The position numbers and the translations under genes are program-made. Below are positions 1 to 9,100 of a stretch of DNA of 64,000 nt, piece after piece. The notes beneath the pieces were generated by a model. It did no database searches and was not told the origin of the DNA. It worked only from the letters and a program-made list of their open reading frames with translations. The DNA lies in assembly GCA_004431415.1 (NCBI GenBank), contig QPMI01000633.1, positions 62,001-126,000 of the forward strand, in the 5' to 3' direction. This DNA is from Cyanophora paradoxa CCMP329. Lineage: Eukaryota; Plantae; Glaucophyta. How positions within the stretch are numbered: position 1 is the first letter of the stretch; every line of letters begins with the position of its first letter.

Positions 1-1103
1 CTGTCTCAGTGTAGAGGAAGGCGTCTTGAGCCTCGAAGACTCGAGCCTTATTGGTTGCGAAGCAGGCAGACGTGGTGGAGCTGCTAGTCTCTCGCGTGTG
101 GTCGCAGCGCTGGCTTTCGTGCGGGCACCACGCGCTCTTTCTCTATCGGACGGAGGCGCACTGGCATTGCTCGATTCGTCGATCACCTTGTTGAAGTGAG
201 ACCTCTTGTTCAAGATTATGGTGCCTAGAACCATATCTAGATCTGTGAGATAACAAATATCATCCCGTTGCAGTTGCTCGTTTCGGGAGGCGAAAGCAGA
301 GCGTGGTGCTGGAGGAGGCATATGGGGTAATGGCGTCACGCTCACAGCTCAGCATATCGATCTCTCAAAATCTGTTGCGGGCTCCGGTGCCGGAGGCGCC
401 ATCAGCCTGTCAAACGGCGCGCTGAATATTTCGCAAGCCATCCTGGTTGGTTGTACAGCATCCACCTCCGGAGGCGCTGTCTCGCTCGGAAACGTGACTG
501 CTTCAATTCGAGGGTTAGCGGTTTCTGGTATTCGGTCTTTCAAACGTTGCAATTGAGAGGGATTGCAGGTCTGAGCTCCGAGCGTCCAAAGCGCGCTCGG
601 GGGGCGCCCTGCATGCGGATGACAGCCGCGTGCTGATAGAGGCGTCCGATCTCTCCCTGTGCACGGCGGACGGCGGACCCGGAGGCGCACTCGCACTGCT
701 CGACTCGGTCTTGGACATCGTACGGTCGGATCTCAAGGCTAGTACGGCATCAGGTGTAGGGGGCGCCGCTTCACTGAACAACGTGACCGCGAGCATTACC
801 CGGTTCGACCTGGCTTTTCGGGGGAATATTGCGCATCGCGATCGTGATTTTCGTAACCATTCAAAAACAGATCCAAGCTTGAGAAGTCAAAATCCACAGG
901 CGGAGGAGGAGGTGCTATCGCGATGGACGGTGGCAATCTGGCGCTTGAATTGTGTGACCTGTCGGAGTCCGCTGCAGAAGGCGGTGGGGGCGGCGCACTG
1001 CTTGTCTCGAACGCTGGCTTGAAAGCCAAGGACTGCCAGCTACACCACAGCGTTGCTTCGGGATCGGGCGGTGCCGTGAATCTCAACAATGCAACTGCCA
1101 CAA
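1..1103 (+). CDS. Upstream (partial, multi-exon) part of a host large membrane protein with GGA-rich beta-helix (polymorphic membrane protein/pectin-lyase-like) repeats; interrupted by the viral insertion
   Basis: Repeated 'GGA(L/V/I)xL' units (e.g. ASGSGGAVNLNNATAT in ORF 923..1111) split by short introns. The frame continues exactly at 30212 when the element and one TSD copy are removed (gcc aca atc aca gcg tgc = ATITAC). Confidence 0.75.
1098..1103 (+). repeat. Left target-site duplication CCACAA
   Basis: Identical 6-mer at 30206-30211 immediately outside the right TIR; 6-bp TSDs are typical of Polinton rve integrases. Confidence 0.95.
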
Positions 1104-1188
1104 ACACATAAAGAAATACAAATTTAAATCCCTCCGCTTCGCGCTTCGCGCTTCGCTCCTGGATTTAAATTTGTATTTCTTTATGTGT
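1104..1188 (-). other. Terminal hairpin: 28-bp perfect stem (1104-1131/1161-1188) with (GCTTCGC)x3 loop, i.e. (GCGAAGC)x3 on the minus strand
   Basis: acacataaagaaatacaaatttaaatcc ... ggatttaaatttgtatttctttatgtgt read directly. Confidence 0.95.
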
Positions 1189-1538
1189 AAATTAATCGAA
1201 AATATTTAAAAAATAAATCAAAATGTTTAATAAAATCAATTAAATTTAAATAAATTCGATTAAATTAATTGGTATAATATCAATTAAATTATGATTTTAT
1301 GAAATTTATATAAAGTTTTGATAAATTACGTATTTCTCAATTGATTCAATGATATAAACGCGATTAATTTGTATTTAAATGTAAAATACGTATTTTGCGA
1401 TTGATATAAACGCGATTAATATGTATTTTATGCAAATTCGATATAATCTCGATTGAAGGAACATAAATTTATGATATAATCACGATTGAAGTAGTCCACC
1501 GCCCATTCTATCGTAAAACGCAAAAATTCACACAGAGT

Positions 1539-1952
1539 TGCATTATGTCCAATTAAACAATCGATGAGATTGCGGCATATTTTGTTGGAAGAGATGGTTA
1601 CTGCATTATGTCCAATTAAACAATCGATGAAATATCGGATGAAAATAATTCACTCGTTACTGCATTATGTCCAATTAAACAATCGTTGAGATTGCGGCGT
1701 ATTTTGTTGGAAGAGATGGTTACTGCATCAGGTCCAATTAAACAATCGATGAGATTCGGGTAAGCTTTTTACTGTATCGAAAATGACCCCAGAGTTGCAT
1801 TATGTCCAATTAAACAATTGATAAGATTGGATTCTGTTTTTTACTGTAAAAACATTGTATCTTAGGTGTATCAATCTCAATTGAATTAATCGATGTAATT
1901 TTGTTGGAAGAGATGGTTACAGCATTATGTCCAATTAAACAATCGATGAGAT
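1539..1952 (+). repeat. Array of ~32-bp direct repeats (tgcattatgtccaattaaacaatcgatgagat) with ~25-40-bp semi-variable spacers inside the TIR
   Basis: Copies at 1539, 1602, 1661, 1724, 1796, 1921 plus a degenerate copy near 1868; mirrored at ~29357-29770. Confidence 0.9.
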
Positions 1953-1971
1953 TTCGCTGAGATGAAAACGG

Positions 1972-2350
1972 TTAGGCACTTTTTTATCGTGATCGGCGGA
2001 TATCATTTAGATATAAAACGGGCTACTGAAATGGAGCGGGTTAATCGAAGTAGGCACTTTTTTTAATCGCGGTAGGCAGCGTAGGCGCGTTAGGCACTTC
2101 CTTATCGAGAATTAAAAAGAAGTCCCAAATACATCAACTTGTGTTTTTCAAAACGTTGATTTTATTTTTTATAGAGAGTTTCCAGAAAAGGTGCCTAAGT
2201 GCCTAACGTCAATTAAAAGTGCCTAACGTCAATTAAAAGTGCCTAACTTCAATTAAAAAGTGCCTACCAAACGATATTCAGTAAGACATCTATGAATCAT
2301 AGAGATATGATATATTCACTTTCATTATCTGAGAAATATAAAGTGCCTAC
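1972..2350. promoter_or_regulatory. Putative replication-origin module: TAGGCAC iterons, AT-rich core, inverted GTGCCTA iterons
   Basis: taggca(c) at ~1973, 2051, 2074, 2091; gtgccta at ~2191, 2199, 2219, 2239, 2260, 2343. The repeats are seen directly; the function is inferred. Confidence 0.55.
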
Positions 2351-2369
2351 CAAACCATTAACAGTGTGA

Positions 2370-2768
2370 TTAACTCGGAAATCGCGCTGCTATCTGCTTC
2401 TCCGCTTTCTCCAACCCTGAAAAGATCTCTGTTATTCTCTCATCTATCAATTGTGATATTACTGAGGTCTTACTTTGCGCTTCGGTTCCGCAAGTGAATA
2501 CATCAATCGCTAACATTCCTTGATCAGAGTAGCAATGAGCGGTGCAATGGCTCTCATCGAGAAGTAATACCATCGCAAAACCCGGTGGCGAAACACCACC
2601 ATCGAAAATCTCGCAATGCTTGTGAACAACTCGGATACCTTGTTCTTGAATAATAGTTTGTAAAAATTGCATTAACCATGTTGTTGTGGTTTCCAAGTTC
2701 TCCAATCCCACCATCAATGGATGATTGAACTTGTAATCTAACATTACATGGGAACCGCGATGATTCAT
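2370..2768 (-). CDS. speD: S-adenosylmethionine decarboxylase proenzyme (short prokaryotic/viral type)
   Basis: H-x-x-L-D near N-terminus, LLDE|SH pyruvoyl self-cleavage motif, IDVFTCG; conserved homologue at 63416-63817. Confidence 0.88.
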   Translation of the reverse strand: MNHRGSHVMLDYKFNHPLMVGLENLETTTTWLMQFLQTIIQEQGIRVVHKHCEIFDGGVSPPGFAMVLLLDESHCTAHCYSDQGMLAIDVFTCGTEAQSKTSVISQLIDERITEIFSGLEKAEKQIAARFPS

Positions 2769-2807
2769 TTATGAATTATATAGAAAAATAAAAACGAAAT
2801 TGGTAGG

Positions 2808-2963
2808 ATGCGAACCATCTTAGCGAAAGTATTTCCGTTTGAGTTGGTCGATATCATAATGCTCCATTATCATAAGACATGTCCGAATTGCTTTGATACT
2901 TGCATTATTACAAGAAACAAGACTGGTAAAGTCTTAATTTCTTTATCCCGTCTCCATATGTAA
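2808..2963 (+). CDS. 51-aa conserved Cys/His-containing small protein (MRTILAKVFPFELVDIIMLHYHKTCPNCFDTCIITRNKTGKVLISLSRLHM), missed by the ORF track
   Basis: Orthologue at 63858-64000 with many synonymous substitutions and identical HYHKTCPNCFDTCIIT core. Confidence 0.8.
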   Translation: MRTILAKVFPFELVDIIMLHYHKTCPNCFDTCIITRNKTGKVLISLSRLHM

Positions 2964-2987
2964 TTTGTTTTTCTTTATCTATGGTAA

Positions 2988-3803
2988 ATGAAGACTCACT
3001 TTTACCATAAGTATGTCGGTAATAAATACAATGAAATGGATACAATCAATCCTTTTATCGATTTAGAAGGCATAAATAAAATAATAGAACCATTTTGTGG
3101 TTCAGGTGCATTTAGTTTCTATCTTTGGGAAAAGCATAAAGAACGTTTTGATTACTTTATGAATGATAACGACGAAACACATATACTTTTTTTGAATACA
3201 ATGAAAGACCCTAACAGTAAAGTAAAACTTTTAGATAGTCTTCAACAGTTCGAAGCAGTAAGCAATATAGAAGAGCATAAAGAAGTTTATAAGAGTTTTC
3301 TACAACATGATCGTAAAGATGTAATGGATTACTTAGCCCATCATTTCTATCTTCTTAAAAACAGCGTTTTAAATGTTAAAACCCTCCGTGATTTCAAAAA
3401 ACGGAACGTGAAGTTGAGTGCATATACAACTCTTAAAAAGAAGATACCTTACGATGATTTCCTACAAGATGTTAACTTATCTCTTGGGGATTATCTGGAT
3501 ATTGTGTTGAAATACAAAGATGATGAGGATGCATTCATATTTCTTGATCCTCCATACGTTAATAGCAATAATGACTTTTACGAAAATGTAGAATCCGATT
3601 TGGAAAAATTCTTTTTGGATTTAGAAGATCTATTGAAGACCGCGAAATGCAAAGTTATGATGGTTGTTAATGATGCTTTATTAATGAAATTGCTATTTAA
3701 ACCCTTTATTCGACATACATATGGTAAAGTGTATGGTATATCAAAAAAGAAAAGGAAACATCTCATTATGACTAACTACGAAATCAATCAAAATACAACA
3801 TAA
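2988..3803 (+). CDS. DNA N6-adenine methyltransferase, Dam/D12 family
   Basis: Motif I IIEPFCGSGA, motif II MNDND, motif IV FIFLDPPY. Confidence 0.9.
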   Translation: MKTHFYHKYVGNKYNEMDTINPFIDLEGINKIIEPFCGSGAFSFYLWEKHKERFDYFMNDNDETHILFLNTMKDPNSKVKLLDSLQQFEAVSNIEEHKEVYKSFLQHDRKDVMDYLAHHFYLLKNSVLNVKTLRDFKKRNVKLSAYTTLKKKIPYDDFLQDVNLSLGDYLDIVLKYKDDEDAFIFLDPPYVNSNNDFYENVESDLEKFFLDLEDLLKTAKCKVMMVVNDALLMKLLFKPFIRHTYGKVYGISKKKRKHLIMTNYEINQNTT

Positions 3804-4056
3804 TTGGCTTCTCTTCTATAACGATTCCCCATGTAGTCTTTTTTCTGTATGCATGTGAGTGTTTCTTGGAACACTGTCGGCAACCCGATCCCTTAATGTG
3901 ATTAAATCCGTAGGTTTGGAACGTCTTATTACATTGTAAACATCTAACGGATACCTTCTCTTGTGCTTTCTTATAGACAGTCTCACTGTAATCGAATTTA
4001 GCATCACCATGAATCATAATCGCAGATTCAATAAATCTTTTAGTTTTTTCATCCAT
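3784..4056 (-). CDS. DUF723-like zinc-ribbon protein
   Basis: HGDAKFDYSETVY...KVSVRCLQCNKTF...HIKGSGCRQC matches the HG-x-YDYS...C..(H/C)..F....H..G.GC..C pattern. Confidence 0.7.
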   Translation of the reverse strand: MDEKTKRFIESAIMIHGDAKFDYSETVYKKAQEKVSVRCLQCNKTFQTYGFNHIKGSGCRQCSKKHSHAYRKKTTWGIVIEEKPIMLYFD

Positions 4057-4079
4057 TCCTCTATATATACCTTAGAAAT

Positions 4080-4909
4080 CTATGGTGCAGTATCTGACCC
4101 AAAAATGGGGAAGTAGCGATTTGTGCCGTAATATTCTGCATATGTATTCTGTTTTGCAATAGCATCGGTTCTCTCAGCATAGAGAATGCATTTGTAGATA
4201 CCAAACCTGGTGGCTCTCACCAAGAACTGGTAATCTTCAAGACCGAAATTCACTCCATGATAAGCAATTCCGAAATTGTCATATGGCGTGATCACAACTG
4301 CAATATTTGGGGTTCCACCCTCTACTTGACAGACAGCATAAACATCTGGTGGGATATCGACAACCACCTTGTAGTGGTCACCAATCTCAACAAGAGAATC
4401 AACTACTGATGTCTGCTCATTCACAACAATTGGGAAGATCTTGATAATATATGGTGCATTCATACTGGGGACATAGGTGCGAATTCTGGTGTTGGGATCA
4501 ATGGGATTGGGTTGATCATTTACGAAAAGAGGCGCACCAACAGCTCCACCAATCCGAAGACCATCACCAATATATGCTCCCCCGTTTTGCAGTTAATAGC
4601 TCCCGACCGAGATTCAAAAGAATAAGTAGAAAGAGGATCACCATAACTGTCTGGGTCTCCATAGTGGGCAGAAAAGTTTGCATTTGTGACAAGGAGTTTC
4701 GTTGTCTTAACTATACCATTATTTTTATCACACCTGAGTTCTTGCAATCTCAGTTTGTGGGTGGAACCAAATGTATTCATTGTGGGTTGCACTTCTGTGG
4801 ATTGGAGACCTTCTACATCATCAAAGGTAGCATGCTGCAAAACGTGATTCGCAGGTGCTGCTAATGAGAGTTGGGGTGTAATAATTCGTTCTGGTATTGG
4901 GGCAGCCAT
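4080..4909 (-). CDS. Short fibre-like/structural protein paralogue A (~276 aa), split by a 1-nt frameshift in the C5 run at 4579-4583
   Basis: Adding one G joins ORF 4520..4909 to ORF 4080..4463 through TGGAYIGDGLRIGG...NTRIRTYVPSMNAPY, which aligns with the paralogue's SGGAFIGGGCRISG...PQRIRFYTPVAQQPF. The fibre role is inferred only from position. Confidence 0.65.
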
Positions 4910-5000
4910 TTTACATTAAAGTGATATATAATTTATGGGGTTGGGTCATCAATCACATCTGGTTCCTGGTAAAACCCTGTTGTGAAGATATCTGCAACGT

Positions 5001-5786
5001 TTACCCTCGAAGTGCCGAAACAGCTGCTATATCTGTCCTCAGTCCCATAATCATAGTATTGTAAACTCCAACCTCAGTTACAAACAAATCATAGGTAAAT
5101 GTCAAATTGTTATAAACACAATATCCTCGACCGAAATGGTTTGATGCTTGAACAAAGAATAGGTAATTATGACCTGTTTGATTGTTGTTTGCTCTGCACA
5201 TAGATAGCATTGCTGTGGGAAGCGGAATATTTCTTCTTACTCGATCAGTTCCTGTTATAATAACCAATTCCGAATTTTCAAGAGTGACAGAGGAAGCAAC
5301 ATAGAAATGTAGAAAAGGTTGCTGTGCAACTGGTGTATAGAAACGTATTCGTTGGGGATTCTCTACATTTTGTTCAAGAGTATCTGGGACATCATTATAC
5401 GAAATTGAGGATGAAAGTTGACCTGAAATTCGACAGCCACCCCCAATAAATGCTCCTCCTGATCTCACAGTAACAGCAGCAGAATTCTTATCGAAATCAA
5501 GGGCTTTCAGATCAACACTGTAAGCATCAGGACCTCCATTAGTAGGTTGGAAGAAATTCGCATTTGAGACAAGGAGTCGAGTTGTTTTAACCACACCAGA
5601 ATTCTTGTCTGCTCTCAGTTCTTTAACTCGAATAATCGAATTCTTATCAAAGGAGTTACCATTGGAATTGGGTCTCTCTGTTGATTCTAAACCACGAACC
5701 TCATCATTAACTTCATGCTGGCGAAAGTGCATAGCAGGGGATCCAAGGGAATATATTGGAAGTTGAACTCGATTATATTCACCCAT
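5001..5786 (-). CDS. Short fibre-like/structural protein paralogue B (likely start MGEYNR)
   Basis: N-terminal half homologous to the 4080-4909 product (ELRADKNSGVVKTTRLLVSNANF vs ELRCDKNNGIVKTTKLLVTNANF); C-terminal halves show no obvious similarity. Confidence 0.65.
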   Translation of the reverse strand: MGEYNRVQLPIYSLGSPAMHFRQHEVNDEVRGLESTERPNSNGNSFDKNSIIRVKELRADKNSGVVKTTRLLVSNANFFQPTNGGPDAYSVDLKALDFDKNSAAVTVRSGGAFIGGGCRISGQLSSSISYNDVPDTLEQNVENPQRIRFYTPVAQQPFLHFYVASSVTLENSELVIITGTDRVRRNIPLPTAMLSMCRANNNQTGHNYLFFVQASNHFGRGYCVYNNLTFTYDLFVTEVGVYNTMIMGLRTDIAAVSALRG

Positions 5787-5825
5787 TGCTTCTTTTACTA
5801 AGAAGGAAAGAAAAATAAACACCAT

Positions 5826-6134
5826 TCAAGCCAAAGCAATTAGATTGGATCCAAGAGATTGGTAAGCGGTTGTTAGACATTGGATGTTGGATGTCATCGC
5901 TTTGAGGTTAGAATCACATTCACCATATTTTGTTACTGGGTCACCATAAGCCGATTGCGCAAGGACATTAACCAAAAGGTTTTTATATTCATGAACAACC
6001 GGTGACAGTTTGTTGGTTTGCTGTATCGTTTTTTCGACAGTTTGTAGTGCGGCTACAAGTTTGATAGTATCGAATGCAAGAGCGACAGGCTCAGAAGAAG
6101 TAGAAGGAGTTCCACCGAGTGGATAGGTCGCCAT
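5826..6134 (-). CDS. Hypothetical viral protein (102 aa)
   Basis: ATG-initiated ORF tightly packed between neighbouring genes on the same strand. Confidence 0.6.
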   Translation of the reverse strand: MATYPLGGTPSTSSEPVALAFDTIKLVAALQTVEKTIQQTNKLSPVVHEYKNLLVNVLAQSAYGDPVTKYGECDSNLKAMTSNIQCLTTAYQSLGSNLIALA

Positions 6135-6137
6135 TTA

Positions 6138-9100
6138 TTATACTGTGACATTTTTAATTTGGTCTATTTGACTTTGTAAATCTTTGCATTTCTGCGATAA
6201 CTCCTTCACTGCTTCAATGAGAACAGGAATTAAACCTGTGTATTCAAGAGATAGGTAGCCATCGTCTTTTTTAACATTAACTACCTCTGGTATTACCTTT
6301 TGAACATCTTGTGCAATTAAACCTAATTTTGTTCCGTCTTTTTCGCTTCCAATTCGTTTAAAACTTACTCCTTCTAATCTCTCGATTGCTGAAAGAGCGC
6401 CGGTTATCTTTTTAATATCTGTTTTGTATCTTATGTCACTTCCTTGTGTTAAATAACCTCCAATCCACATCCATCCTCCATGATACATGTAACAAATATC
6501 AGTATCTTGTTCATTTCGGAATACAAGGGGAATATCTCCCCTTCCTTTCAGGTATGTAGCGGTGTTATTTCCAAAAAGGATACGATTATATCCATCACTG
6601 GAATTAAACCAAGTCTCCACAGCTCCTGTTAAGATATTTGGTTTACTATAAACATTATTCCAATGAATATAGCCGGTGTGACCACCATAGCTATGCCCAA
6701 CCCATATTTTCATATAACTTATACCCATAATATGAACTCTTCCTATCTTTGGTCTAATCCGAATAGTGAGGAATCGATTACCAAGATGTATTGGAACATT
6801 ATTTATACCACTGTGGTTACCATCAGGCGATGTGGCGTATGGTTGATAACTATTCACTGATGTAATAAAAACTTCATTCCCTTGTCTATTAACTCCCCAA
6901 ATTTCAAAAAGTCGTGAGTTAGTCCAAGGTAAATAGGTTAAAAATGCTGTTCCTGTGTGGTATCCATCGGGTATATCGAAGTCAATCCAAGCGGTAGAAG
7001 TTTGGTCATCAGATTGATTATTATGGACATATGAACCATAATTATAATGTGGATCCCATGCTGAACTCCACGCCCATGTCCAACCCTCAGAACATCTATT
7101 AAATGCAATGCCTCCTACTGTTTTATCTGCTGTGTGAAACTTTGGGACATCATTACCGTTTATTTGGAGTTTGGTAGTAGCATTAATAGTAGGTGCTGTA
7201 ATAGTATTATTCACCCAAAAGTTACCATTGTTATAAGATTTTAAAATGGCTGTATCTGCTGAGTTTCTGAATTCAATTGACACAGCATCACCATTTGGTC
7301 TCCCTCGTATATATGTGCAATCGCCATTACCAAACCAAATTCGCTCGACTGCATCTACTGATTTTAACCATGTATTTGTTGGCCATGTTGCGGTTTGTGG
7401 AAGGTCTGCGGCTGAGTAAAATGATGGTTTACTAAATACATTATCCCAAGAGATCATGCCCAATTCATTATCTGTTGCTCTCTGTCTACTCCAACCGAAA
7501 ACACCCGTTAGATGAATGCGACCTTTTCGACCTTGAACATAAATATATTTGTAAAACTCACAATTGATTGAGGCAAACAAAATACAATTGTGTGTTCCAT
7601 CTTGATTAACTTCCTGAATTACTTGATAAGCATTTACACGCTTTAAGAAATGTTGATATCCATTAACAGTTTGCCCGTAGATATCGAAATATCTACAATT
7701 ACCCAAGGCATGTGCTGAATATAAAACGATTTCATACCTGTCGGAACAACCCACCTCATCCAACATCCGCTACAATCATCATCATTTTGTGGTGTTGTAT
7801 AACATCCTGTTTGTCCGGTTCTTGGTGTCCATCCTGTAACAGTCCAATTATTTGCGCTTCTATCTGATGAAACCACATCTAATTGGTCGAAATCGTAACC
7901 TTTTGGTATTGTGGTTCCGCCAATTTGTAAAGTGGTAGCATTCACAGTTCCTGTTACAGTTCCACCTGTTAGAGGTAGATAATTAGCAAGTGCCGCCGTT
8001 AAATCGGTATCTGTAACAAAATCTGTAACAGCTAACTGTAATTCTGTATTTGTAACATAATCTTTGTTTTCTAAGTAATCATCTGTAACAACACCGGAAA
8101 GGGTTGTATTGTGTAAGTTTTTCGCCGCCATTCTCTGATTGACTTCTAAGGCGCCACCTGATAACGTTTTTATCCACGCCATCTCACATTTTCCGTGATC
8201 ATCTGTGGGTTGTCCCACAACAGGAAGGTAGTTTACAACTTTCTCCCTTGTGAAAACTATCTTAGGTCTTGCTCCATCATATGCGCTTTGATCTGTTACA
8301 TTTACTTGTATCGCTGCTGAAAAATCCGCTACTTGTCCTGTTTCACCCGGGTGATAATTCGTGACATAGATACTGGGGAAAGTATCATTAATTCCTACAT
8401 TAAAATCGCCACTATACACTCCATTTACGATTGGATCCCTGGGTAATCTTACTGCAAGAGTTCCCACCATCGGTGTGCCGTCTTGACCTGTAAATGAACC
8501 ATTGAGACTAACATAATGATCATTCAAAAATAGCCTTTCAGGTGTATTACTCGATTGGTAAAGTGTGACTCCATTAAAAACGTTTCCGATTGCATTCAAT
8601 TGGGCAAAAACTGGCTGTTCGTCTATTTCGTCCCAATTGTGCCTATGTGCAAAATCTGTGATTTGCGCTTTTGTGTGAGTATGGTCAAAATCTGTGATTT
8701 GCGCTTTTGTGTGAGTATGGTCAAAATCTGTGATTTGCGCTTTTGTGTGAGTATGGTCAAAATCTGTGATTTGCGCTTTTGTGTGAGTATGGTCAAAATC
8801 TGTGATTTGCGCTTTTGTGTGAGTATGGTCAAAATCTGTGATTTGCGCTTTTGTGTGAGTATGGTCAAAATCTGTGATTTGCGCTTTTGTGTGAGTATGG
8901 TCAAAATCTGTGATTTGCGCTTTTGTGTGAGTATGGTCAAAATCTGTGATTTGCGCTTTTGTGTGAGTATGGTCAAAATCTGTGATTTGCGCTTTTGTGT
9001 GAGTATGGTCAAAATCTGTGATTTGCGCTTTTGTGTGAGTATGGTCAAAATCTGTGATTTGCGCTTTTGTGTGAGTATGGGCAAAATCTGTGATCTGATC

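Larger units (their letters stand above)
1104..2476 (+). repeat. Left terminal inverted repeat (~1373 bp)
   Basis: Reverse complement of 28833-30205; identical in spot checks except 3 mismatches near the inner edge. Confidence 0.93.

Noticed and set aside
1539-1952. Calling the TIR repeat-spacer array a CRISPR array
   Set aside because: Spacers partly duplicate each other, lengths are irregular, no cas genes, eukaryotic viral context; kept only as an unexplained array
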